From the NCBI RefSeq assembly GCF_000012905.2, contig NC_007494.2:870001-902000 (forward strand): DNA of 32,000 nucleotides, written 5' to 3'. A program made the translations under genes and the position numbers. The notes beneath the pieces were generated by a model that was not told where the DNA came from, did not search any database, and worked only from the letters and a program-made list of their open reading frames with translations. The stretch's first letter is position 1; every line of letters starts with the position of its first letter. Positions 17,134-24,594 of the stretch are shown here, piece by piece. Source of the DNA: Cereibacter sphaeroides 2.4.1. GTDB taxonomy: Bacteria; Pseudomonadota; Alphaproteobacteria; Rhodobacterales; Rhodobacteraceae.

Positions 17134-17184
17134 AGGTTTGCTTCCTCGGCTGGCGCGGATCGGACTGCAGATTAGCCTACCGCA

Positions 17185-17625
17185 TCATGCTTGTCGATCG
17201 GTTTTCGTCGGCCCGAGGAATGCGCACAACCGCGATCCCACGCGCTCGATGTCTTTCAGTTCGCACTGCCAGACGACCAGCGTCTGCCAGCCGAGCGCCT
17301 CGAGCTCGGAGAGCTTCCTGCGATCCCGTGCGACGTTCGCCTCGATTTTCGGGCCCCAGTAGTCCAGTCGAGAGGTCGGCAACCGCCCCTTTGCGCAGTC
17401 GTGTCCGTGCCAGAAGCACCCGTTCACGAAGATGGCCTTGTGCCGGGCTGGGAAGACTATGTCCGGTTGTCCGGGCAGAGACCTCGCGTGGAGTCGATAG
17501 CGATAGCCTTTTGCGTGCAGCAACGAGCGCACGATGAGCTCGGGGCCCGTGTTCTTGGTCCCCACCGCCCGCATGATCTGCCGGCGTTGCTCCGGAGATC
17601 TCGTGTCTGCCATTCGGCTCACCAT
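17185..17625 (-). CDS. vsr: Very-short-patch repair endonuclease
   Basis: 146-aa ORF with typical Vsr strings RSPEQRRQIMRAVGTKNTGPE, PGQPDIVFPARHKAIFVNGCFWHGH and YWGPKIEANVARD. It lies directly upstream of the m5C methyltransferase on the same strand. Confidence 0.92.
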   Translation of the reverse strand: MVSRMADTRSPEQRRQIMRAVGTKNTGPELIVRSLLHAKGYRYRLHARSLPGQPDIVFPARHKAIFVNGCFWHGHDCAKGRLPTSRLDYWGPKIEANVARDRRKLSELEALGWQTLVVWQCELKDIERVGSRLCAFLGPTKTDRQA

Positions 17626-17865
17626 TGCTCGCTGTGTTGAGCGCTATGTACGCCCGGCGGAAGATCTGCTCAACGATGAGCGGGTGAAGGTGACGGTTGC
17701 TACCGGCCTGCAACCTGTGCTTCAAGCCACGACCCTGGTGCGTTATCCGTCCGAGGCCCGCCGAAATCTCTGTACATATTTCGCGACGCAATGACCGGTC
17801 GCAGCGGTGCGGCCGTGGAAGGGGCACGGCTGGCGCGCGCATCAGGTCGCCTGCCAGCGTGGCCA

Positions 17866-18348
17866 TCAGCGTCCGCGGACCTCGAGCAGCTTCGAGCGGA
17901 CAAGCGCATCCATCGTCTCGGACGAGGGCGACAGGCGCTTCAGCGCGTCGGGCACCGAGGAGCGGGCATAGGCAGCGACAAACTCTGTCGCGACCTCCCG
18001 CGTCAACCCCTGCGCTACCGCCACCCGTGCAGCGGTCATGATCGCCGAGTGCAGCGCCTCGCGATGTCGGACCTCGATCTGGATCCCGGTCCAGCGCTGG
18101 AAGCGGACGGTCGCGAGCCCGATCAGCGCGGTCAGCGCTACGCCAGCGAGATCGAGGAGGCTCGGCGTCAGCGCGGTCAGCAGGTCGCTACCGGTCGAGG
18201 CGGCGGCGGGCCCGGCGAGCGTGGCGAGGATCGAGGCCGAGATCGTCGAAGCGGCCAACCGCGCCAGAGCAGCGACCAGCGGCCAGCCGATGAGCAATAT
18301 GAAGGCGAGCGCGCAGAGGGCGAGGGCAAGGATGAAGATCAGGGACAT
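17866..18348 (-). CDS. Phage membrane protein, putative holin or lysis accessory protein
   Basis: 160-aa ORF 13 nt downstream of the endolysin gene. It has hydrophobic N-terminal helices (LIFILALALCALAFILLIGWPLVAALARLAA; LLDLAGVALTALIGLATV). Function is inferred from position only. Confidence 0.5.
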   Translation of the reverse strand: MSLIFILALALCALAFILLIGWPLVAALARLAASTISASILATLAGPAAASTGSDLLTALTPSLLDLAGVALTALIGLATVRFQRWTGIQIEVRHREALHSAIMTAARVAVAQGLTREVATEFVAAYARSSVPDALKRLSPSSETMDALVRSKLLEVRGR

Positions 18349-18360
18349 GGGTTCTCTCCT

Positions 18361-19170
18361 TCAGAGGCGGGCGAACTGGAAGTGCATCCAGTCGCGGTTG
18401 CAGGCGCGGCCGAGGCCTGTGGCGCCGGCGGCTTCGACGATGGTCCAGAAGGGCTCGTAGGCGGGCGCGGCGAAGCTCGCCCGGTCGCGGCCCCAGCGGA
18501 GCGGATTGCGCTCCGGGTCGAGGTCGACGGCGATGCCCCAGGCATGCATCGAGAGGGCCGAGCCGCCGCGCATGGGCCGGTGGTTGAAGCAGCCGCCGAA
18601 GAGGTTCAGCCGCAGCCGCTCGAACTCGGCCGCGCCGTAGTGGGCCACGGCCTCGCTGAAGATCCGCGCCATGGGCGCCGCCACCAGCCTGTGGCAGCGG
18701 AAGCTCGTGATGCTCGTATTGAGATCCCAAGCCAGGCGGAACGGCATCGGCAGCTCGACGATCCCGGCCGTGCAGTCGGGGCCGCCCGCCACGCCGTAGA
18801 AGGTCGCGACCGACTCCTGCCGGGGATAGGCGCCCTGGGCATCGGCCACGGCATGGCCCGGCAGCGGCACCCGGTCGACGGCGGCGCGCACCGGCCCGGA
18901 GGCCCATGCGGTCAGCGCCTCGCGGGTGTTCGGCCCGAGGAGCCCGTCGATCCTTCCCGGCGCATGGCCGAGCCGCGCCAGCACCGCTTGGCCGGCCGCG
19001 ATCCGCTGCCGGCGGGAGGGCCAGGCGCGCCAAGGTACCGGCTCTCCCTCGAGCGCCGCCCTTGCGGCCGCCTGGGTCAGCGGCCCCGCATCGCCGTCGA
19101 TGGCGCCTCGGTAGAGCCCCGCGGCCGCGAGCAGCCGCTGGATGTCGGATGTCGTCACGTCTTTCTCCAT
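18361..19170 (-). CDS. Endolysin: two PG_binding_1 repeats plus an M15-type zinc peptidase domain
   Basis: ATG at 19170 (the track start 19176 is a TTG). The PG-binding repeats are LLAAAGLYRGAIDGDAGPLTQAAARAAL and VLARLGHAPGRIDGLLGPNTREALTAW. The catalytic motifs are SMHAWGIAVD (SxHxxGxAxD) and DWMHFQ. Confidence 0.85.
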   Translation of the reverse strand: MEKDVTTSDIQRLLAAAGLYRGAIDGDAGPLTQAAARAALEGEPVPWRAWPSRRQRIAAGQAVLARLGHAPGRIDGLLGPNTREALTAWASGPVRAAVDRVPLPGHAVADAQGAYPRQESVATFYGVAGGPDCTAGIVELPMPFRLAWDLNTSITSFRCHRLVAAPMARIFSEAVAHYGAAEFERLRLNLFGGCFNHRPMRGGSALSMHAWGIAVDLDPERNPLRWGRDRASFAAPAYEPFWTIVEAAGATGLGRACNRDWMHFQFARL

Positions 19171-19174
19171 ATGC

Positions 19175-19198
19175 AAAAGCCCCGCGCGAGGGCGGGGC
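19175..19198 (-). terminator. Rho-independent terminator-like hairpin between the methylase and endolysin genes
   Basis: The minus strand reads GCCCCGC-CCTCGC-GCGGGGC followed by TTTT. This is a 7-bp all-GC stem, a 6-nt loop and a U-tract that ends 4 nt before the endolysin ATG. Confidence 0.55.
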
Positions 19199-19224
19199 GT
19201 GGGTGGTCGGACTGGTGGGGTTTT

Positions 19225-20031
19225 TCAGAGGAGGGTCGCGATCCGCTCGCGGTTCGAGACGAGGAGCTCCTGCGCCTCGGTGCTGCCTGCAGCGGAGACC
19301 GAGTAATTCAGCCGCACCGGCTCGAGATGGAACCGGCCGAAGAGCGCCCGGATCTCGGGCGTGTCATTGATCGACAGGAGGAAGGCGCCCTTGAGGCTGC
19401 CGAGGATCTCGGCGATCCGCGCGAACTGCGCCCGGTCGAAGAGACCTTTCCCATAGTCGTTCTCGCCGCCGAAGTAGGGCGGATCGAGATAGAAAAGCGT
19501 CTCGGCTGTGTCGTAGCGCGGGATGAGGTCGGCCCAGTCGAGGCACTCGAAGACCACGCCATCGAGCCGCGTGCGGGCGGCGTCGAGGAGCGGCTCGAGG
19601 CGCGCCAGCGAGAAGAGCGGCCCATTGCCGGGCGATATGCCGAAGCTGCCGTTCGGCTTGCCGCCGAAGCTGAGGCGCTGGAGGTAGAGGAACCGCGCCG
19701 CCCGCTCGAGGTCGGTGAGCGTGGCGGGATCGGTGAGCCGCAGCCGATCGAACTCGCGCCGGCTGCAGATCTGGAACCGCATGATCTCGAGGAGTTGGGG
19801 GTAATGCCGCTGCAGGATCCGGAAGAGATTGATGATCTCGCCGTTGCGGTCGTTCATCACCTCGAGGCGGGGCCGGAAGCGGCGGCGGAGGAAGATCCCG
19901 CCCATGCCGACGAAGGGCTCGACATAGGCGCGGTGCGGGATGGCCTCGATCCGCTCGAGGATGAGCGGGTGGAGACGTTTCTTGCCGCCGAGCCAGGGGG
20001 CAACCGGGGCGGCGGGAGGTACTTGTTTCAT
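19225..20031 (-). CDS. Prophage-encoded orphan N6-adenine DNA methyltransferase (Dam/D12 class)
   Basis: ATG at 20031 (MKQVPPAAPVAPWLGGKKRL...). Motif I is EPFVGMGGIF and motif IV is DPPY (YLDPPYFG), in alpha-class order. There is no adjacent endonuclease. The 76 codons upstream in the track ORF look non-coding. Confidence 0.85.
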   Translation of the reverse strand: MKQVPPAAPVAPWLGGKKRLHPLILERIEAIPHRAYVEPFVGMGGIFLRRRFRPRLEVMNDRNGEIINLFRILQRHYPQLLEIMRFQICSRREFDRLRLTDPATLTDLERAARFLYLQRLSFGGKPNGSFGISPGNGPLFSLARLEPLLDAARTRLDGVVFECLDWADLIPRYDTAETLFYLDPPYFGGENDYGKGLFDRAQFARIAEILGSLKGAFLLSINDTPEIRALFGRFHLEPVRLNYSVSAAGSTEAQELLVSNRERIATLL

Positions 20032-20327
20032 AAGGTGATTCTGCCTCACAAGGCGCCTGCCCTCGCGAGGGGTGGCAGGCAGTCTGAAAGGCTTCGGACA
20101 GGCTGGCGCGGTCGCTGGTTGCACATTGGCCGCGTGGTTCGGGCTGTTGACGCAGCCCGGCCCCTGCCTGAGGGGCGCTGCGGGCGCCCTGAGAAAGGGC
20201 GCGCCGAGCTCGGATTGTCGAAGTTTGGGGCGTTGGGGAATAGCGGGGATCAAACCCCGCAAGCGCTCGAGCCACCTGAGACGGCGGCCACATCGTGATC
20301 GCAGGCGGCGACGCTGATGGAGGTTCT

Positions 20328-20359
20328 GTGCGGGAGCCTCAGGCGTGAGGTTCCCGCAC
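20328..20359. terminator. Strong hairpin (14-bp stem with one G-U, loop GGCG) downstream of the lipoprotein gene
   Basis: GTGCGGGAGCCTCA-GGCG-TGAGGTTCCCGCAC read directly from the sequence. There is no clear U-tract, so terminator function is tentative. Confidence 0.35.
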
Positions 20360-20399
20360 CTTCGCTGCTGGTGCCAGCGGTGGCACGAAAGCCGAGAGA

Positions 20400-20762
20400 T
20401 CAGTCCTGGGTCAACGGGCGGCTCACGGGGCAGCCCTTTGCCACCACTTGCCGGTCGATTGCCTGAATCTTGCCTTTCGCGATGGCAATCATGGCCTCCT
20501 GATCGCCTCCGGACATGCTGGAGAGCGGAAGCCCGAGCAGAAAGACCCCCCAGGCATCCCCATTGGCCGCGGACTTCTGCTTTGCGCTCAGATTGGCAAG
20601 ATCCTGAGAGATCGCCATCCGCTCGCTCGCCAATTGGCGGCAGTTATGCCGAGAGTAGTTGTCGCCTCCGACTTCCACGGCAGCGATGCGGTCAGGTTGC
20701 TTCGCGCATGCCGCAAGCAGGATCATCAGGCTGACGGCAGCCACGTATTTGCTTTTCATCAT
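20400..20762 (-). CDS. Lipoprotein (prophage moron candidate)
   Basis: ATG at 20762 with GGAG 5 nt upstream. The signal peptide with lipobox is MMKSKYVAAVSLMILLAAC. The gene is locally AT-richer than neighbouring phage genes. Confidence 0.7.
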   Translation of the reverse strand: MMKSKYVAAVSLMILLAACAKQPDRIAAVEVGGDNYSRHNCRQLASERMAISQDLANLSAKQKSAANGDAWGVFLLGLPLSSMSGGDQEAMIAIAKGKIQAIDRQVVAKGCPVSRPLTQD

Positions 20763-21013
20763 GTTCTCCACTTCGAGAGATTGGCTTTTCTCATCCGCGG
20801 GTCAAAAGTTCGTTACCTCCGTGGCGAAACCGTGGCCGGCCTTTTCTCTCGTTCCGGTATGGACGGGCGGAGTTTGCGGCGGCCCGGCGAGCGCTGGCGC
20901 TAACGTCCCGCTCGGTCGAAGGAATTCAGCCTGTGCTGACAGTATCCGGCGAACGCTTCGGCGCGGCAGGGCCGCAGTCGCGGAGGCAGATGTGCCGGTT
21001 TGTCGCTGGCGCT

Positions 21014-21331
21014 TCACCCCGCACTCCGTCCCCGCCAGAGCCGCTCCAGCATCGCCGTGGTGCCCCTCGGCCCGAGATAGGCCAGCATCGCGACGAGGCC
21101 CATCGCCGCCCGACCATCGAGGCTGAGATACGAACTGAGCGCCTCGCCCACGAAGGCCATGGCGACGAGGGCGGGGATCTCCCAGAGGAGCTCGCGGCCG
21201 AAGAAGGCGCGGCGGCGGGCGCGGACCTCGCCGGTGTGATACATCAGGCGCCCCATGGCGGCCGCGATCAGCGTGGCGATGGCCCCGCCCCAGAGCGCCG
21301 TGATGGTGTCGATCAGTCCCTTTTCCGGCAT
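21014..21331 (-). CDS. Holin-like small membrane protein (three hydrophobic segments)
   Basis: 105-aa ORF with AGGAG 8 nt upstream of the ATG. The hydrophobic segments are ITALWGGAIATLIAAAMGRLM, LLWEIPALVAMAFVGEALSSYL and AAMGLVAMLAYLG. Size and topology fit a phage holin. Confidence 0.55.
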   Translation of the reverse strand: MPEKGLIDTITALWGGAIATLIAAAMGRLMYHTGEVRARRRAFFGRELLWEIPALVAMAFVGEALSSYLSLDGRAAMGLVAMLAYLGPRGTTAMLERLWRGRSAG

Positions 21332-21549
21332 CGCGCCGCTCCTGTTGTGCGCGCTCGTCGCGCGGGTCTCGGCCCGGCCGGAGGCGGCCGGGTCCCGTCA
21401 TGATGATCGGGAGGGTGCCCCGGTCGGCCGGCGGGTCGGACCCGGCGATCCCAGCCGGGGCCCAGCCGCCTCGGCACTTCGCGCAACGGCTGGCGACAGG
21501 CGGCGCGGTCGGCCGGCGCGTCAGCGACCCGCGTTGAACCGGACCGGGC

Positions 21550-21876
21550 TCACAGCCTCACCTCTGCGGCCTCAACGAACAGCCGGTCGGTCTCCTCCGG
21601 CGAGAGGCCGAGGAGGAAGGCCAGCGTGTCCGTCGTCTCCGAGCCGCGGACGAGCACCGGCGCGCCGCGGAGCGCCGCCCGCATCGCCCAGGGGTAGGCG
21701 GCATCCTCCGCGATGGCCATGGCCTCGGCCCACTTCTCCTCGCCGATCACGATCATGGCCTGCAGCAGGCTGATCTCGGCCGGGATCAGGTCGCGCTGAG
21801 CCTTGATGTCCCGGGCCTTGATGAGCCTGCTGTAGTCGATGGTCGCGGTTGTCATCACTGCTCTCTTTCCGGTCAT
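21550..21876 (-). CDS. Hypothetical phage protein
   Basis: 108-aa ORF starting 4 nt after the stop of the upstream gene. High-GC codon pattern. No recognisable motif. Confidence 0.55.
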   Translation of the reverse strand: MTGKRAVMTTATIDYSRLIKARDIKAQRDLIPAEISLLQAMIVIGEEKWAEAMAIAEDAAYPWAMRAALRGAPVLVRGSETTDTLAFLLGLSPEETDRLFVEAAEVRL

Positions 21877-21879
21877 GGG

Positions 21880-22197
21880 TCAGCCCTCCCCGGACGGCGG
21901 GAGGTAGGGCGGGATCTCGATATCCTGATCCTCGACCTCGATGGTGCCGGGGTTCGGCAAGGGCAGGTCCCCGTAATAGCCGTGGGGGAAGACCACCTCG
22001 AACTCGAGGACACCGTCGACCCGGGTGACGTTGCTCGTGACCCAGGTGTTGTCCATGGCGTCCCAGGGCAGCACGTCGCCCTCCTCGACGCCGCTGAAGT
22101 CGTAGACCATGTCGTTGCAGATCAGGGTGTCCCCCTGCACGCGGAACAGGGTCAGCTCATACATCCGCCGAAGCGGGACCATGCGAATGCGCATCAT
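21880..22197 (-). CDS. Hypothetical phage protein downstream of the tail fibre gene (possible fibre accessory or assembly protein)
   Basis: 105-aa ORF 7 nt after the fibre gene stop. Function is inferred from position only. Confidence 0.5.
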   Translation of the reverse strand: MMRIRMVPLRRMYELTLFRVQGDTLICNDMVYDFSGVEEGDVLPWDAMDNTWVTSNVTRVDGVLEFEVVFPHGYYGDLPLPNPGTIEVEDQDIEIPPYLPPSGEG

Positions 22198-22203
22198 GGC
22201 GGG

Positions 22204-23688
22204 TTACCTCCAGCGACCGGTGACGAGAAGATCGACGACCTGGGTCGACGCGTAGGACGTCGGCGCCAGCAGCATGTAGGCGGCGACGTTCGAGGCCCCC
22301 GGCCGGCCGAGGAGCGAGATCACCGAGCCGCCCCGGCAGCCGCCGGTCACGCAATGGCCGTTCAGGGCCCCGCTCGCGAACTCGACGGGCAGCGTCACCG
22401 TCTGCCATTCGGTGCGATAGAGCGGCCCATGCGGCGTGGCCGGACCCGGAACGCCGGTCTGGACCAGGCGGCAAAGCTGCGTCCCATCCGCAAAGCGGAC
22501 ATATTCGGCGCCAGCCGTCTCGCCCTTCTCGATGATGCCTCCGCGCGGAAAGCCGGAGGCCCAGCTGACGGCGCCCACGATATTGCGCTGATCGTAGGTG
22601 AGGAACCAGTCGCCCCAGGTGGTATCCTTGGACCGGCACCAGCGCCCGGTGTCGCTGGCGGTCTGCGGATAGGCGATCTGAACCGCCCGGTTCGCTCCGT
22701 GCTGGATATGCTGCAGGGTGCCGACGCTCATGCCGGCCGGACGGTTCAGCGTGGCGCTTGTGACCTGATAGAAGCCCGTCGCCCCGATCTGGTCCGCATC
22801 GTTGCCCGGGATCGGGCGCGCCGTGCCGCCGAGGCCGTAATCCCCGACCTTCAGGAGGCGCCCGGGCGTGGTGTCGAGATCGCTCTGGGTCACGGCCGTG
22901 CCGGTCATGAGCCCCTGCAGCTGCATGCCGGAGGGCGTGAACCGCGCCCGTTCCGTCCCCTGGCAGGAGACGCCGAGCTCGTTCTCGGCCGCGAGGAAGA
23001 AGCCGGTGTTCGAACCCACCTCTCCGTTGAAGGTGAGACCGGGGAAGGTCGGCGTCCCGTCCGGAACGCTGAACGGCACGAGCGAGGCCGCGCGGCCGGA
23101 GCCGATGCGGAACCGCTCCTCGCCCCCGGTCGCGATCCCGAGCAGGTCCGCCGCGGCCCGGAAGATGCCGGTGTCGAGATCGCCCGCGAAGGTGAGAGCG
23201 GGGGTTGCAGCCGCCCCGACGGGCACCACGGCCGGCAGGGTGGACTGGAAGTGGGTGGTGGAGAAGAAGCCGCGGGTGGCGCCGCCGGTGATGAAGTGCA
23301 GGACGTCCGCCCCGTCGCTCCGGATCCCGGTGTTCGGATCGGTCTCGAACGAGATCCCCGGCGCGGCCGCCGTCCCGAGCGGCGCCCGGAGCGGCACGGT
23401 CGAGGTGAGCGCGAGGGCCGAGACCGTGAGCCGGAGGATGCCTCCGGCCGCGATCCCCAGCGCGTTGCTCCCCGGGCGGAAGAGCCCGGTGTCGGGATCG
23501 CCCTTCCAGACGAGGCCCGGCGCGGCGGCGGTGCCGTCCCCGAAGCCCGCGCCGGTCAGATAGGGCAGCAGCGCGTTCAGCTCGGCCACGAAGGCCGGGA
23601 ACCAGCCGAGGAAGGCGTCGGCATCGTCGTTGAAGGTGCCGGGGTTGCCGCTGTTCGGCGGCGTCGGCGGGGGAGAGAAGAAGTCCAT
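22204..23688 (-). CDS. Tail fibre protein with four ~53-aa internal repeats
   Basis: 494-aa ORF. The repeats begin near aa 50, 103, 156 and 208. The repeat consensus is G(T/A)AA(A/T)PG(L/I)xFxxDxDTGxFR...LGIAxGG. The C-terminal ~230 aa are a non-repetitive putative receptor-binding part. Confidence 0.8.
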   Translation of the reverse strand: MDFFSPPPTPPNSGNPGTFNDDADAFLGWFPAFVAELNALLPYLTGAGFGDGTAAAPGLVWKGDPDTGLFRPGSNALGIAAGGILRLTVSALALTSTVPLRAPLGTAAAPGISFETDPNTGIRSDGADVLHFITGGATRGFFSTTHFQSTLPAVVPVGAAATPALTFAGDLDTGIFRAAADLLGIATGGEERFRIGSGRAASLVPFSVPDGTPTFPGLTFNGEVGSNTGFFLAAENELGVSCQGTERARFTPSGMQLQGLMTGTAVTQSDLDTTPGRLLKVGDYGLGGTARPIPGNDADQIGATGFYQVTSATLNRPAGMSVGTLQHIQHGANRAVQIAYPQTASDTGRWCRSKDTTWGDWFLTYDQRNIVGAVSWASGFPRGGIIEKGETAGAEYVRFADGTQLCRLVQTGVPGPATPHGPLYRTEWQTVTLPVEFASGALNGHCVTGGCRGGSVISLLGRPGASNVAAYMLLAPTSYASTQVVDLLVTGRWR

Positions 23689-23703
23689 GGCAGGTTCCTT
23701 GCG

Positions 23704-24594
23704 TCAGGCGAGGCTCTCGACCTCGGCGCGGCCGTCGCAGATGGCATGGCCGAGGGTCAGGTCGTAATCGCGGAGGATGCCGGCGACGGTGGTGCCCCAG
23801 AGGTCGACCCCTTCGCCCGCGTAGAAGACGGCGAGCCGGCTCGAGACCCGCTCCATGATCGACTGGACGCGCGCCGCGCCCTCGAGCGGGACCTGGAAGG
23901 CCAGCGAGACCGTGCGGGTGACGGGGCGCGGCACGATATAGAGCCCGCCCCATTCGTCGCGCTGCTTCACGGAATAATCGACGAGGCCGAGGCCGGTGCC
24001 GGCCACCGTGGTGCCGACCGGCGTGTCGCGGCCCATCACGATCTCGCCCACGCGGGTGACGGCGCCCCCCGTGACCGTGATGTCGAGCGTGGCCCCTGCC
24101 GGCAGCGGCGCGGCCACGATCACATTCGGGGTGAAGGCGAACTCCGTGAAGACATATTCCCAGAAGGTGCCGACCGGATCGCGGGCCACGAGATCCTCCG
24201 TCCGGTCGTGGATCGTGGCGCCCGCGGGCGTGGTGACCTTCACCCGGAGGGACGCCGCATCGAGGTTGAAGAAGGCGAGGCGGTTCAGCGTGCGCGGCAG
24301 CCGGATCGAATAGGTGATGGTGGGGCCGCCGACCGTCTGGCCGCCGATCCGCTCGTCGAAGGCGCGCCAGCGGTTGGTGGCCCCGATCCGGAGCCACCAG
24401 CTGCCGAGCGCATCCGCCGCCGGATCGTGACCCGTGTTGCCGTCGGCCACGCTCTCCCAGACGCCGTGATGGGCCACGACGCGGGCGCCGCGGGCATAGG
24501 TTACGCCTGCGCCCCAGGCGGGATGATCGTCCTCGGGGATATTGCTCGCGAGGAGCGCCGCCGGCGTGACCGGGGTCGGCAGGATGATCCGCAT
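23704..24594 (-). CDS. Phage tail protein (distal tail or baseplate-type) immediately after the tape measure gene
   Basis: 296-aa ORF. Its ATG overlaps the tape-measure stop (TGATG at 24592-24596). The call is from synteny. Confidence 0.6.
   Translation of the reverse strand: MRIILPTPVTPAALLASNIPEDDHPAWGAGVTYARGARVVAHHGVWESVADGNTGHDPAADALGSWWLRIGATNRWRAFDERIGGQTVGGPTITYSIRLPRTLNRLAFFNLDAASLRVKVTTPAGATIHDRTEDLVARDPVGTFWEYVFTEFAFTPNVIVAAPLPAGATLDITVTGGAVTRVGEIVMGRDTPVGTTVAGTGLGLVDYSVKQRDEWGGLYIVPRPVTRTVSLAFQVPLEGAARVQSIMERVSSRLAVFYAGEGVDLWGTTVAGILRDYDLTLGHAICDGRAEVESLA

Larger units (their letters stand above)
5741..17625. other. Mosaic defence island (three cassettes), AT-richer than its flanks, with no recombinase gene in view
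   Basis: Base composition drops visibly at about 5940 and stays lower to about 14400, with GC-rich spacers at about 8340-8640 and 14440-14950. The content is almost exclusively nuclease, helicase, methylase and toxin-type genes. Confidence 0.6.

Noticed and set aside
14892-17175. Plus-strand ORFs 14892..16085 (397 aa) and 15823..17175 (450 aa)
   Set aside because: They are antisense to the m5C methyltransferase (motifs I, IV, VI, X) and its coupled endonuclease gene. They have no motifs of their own.
17791-20298. 835-aa plus-strand ORF across the lysis and methylase region
   Set aside because: It is antisense to the well-supported endolysin (SxHxxGxAxD, PG_binding repeats) and Dam (DPPY) genes. 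Its translation is Arg/Gly-rich with no motifs.
22157-24397. 746-aa minus-strand ORF, plus 28243..29889 (548 aa) and 19364..20293 (309 aa), which are off-frame overlaps of the real genes
   Set aside because: These are alternative frames of the same strand, with extreme Arg/Pro/Gly content and no domain signatures. The chosen frames have motif and synteny support.
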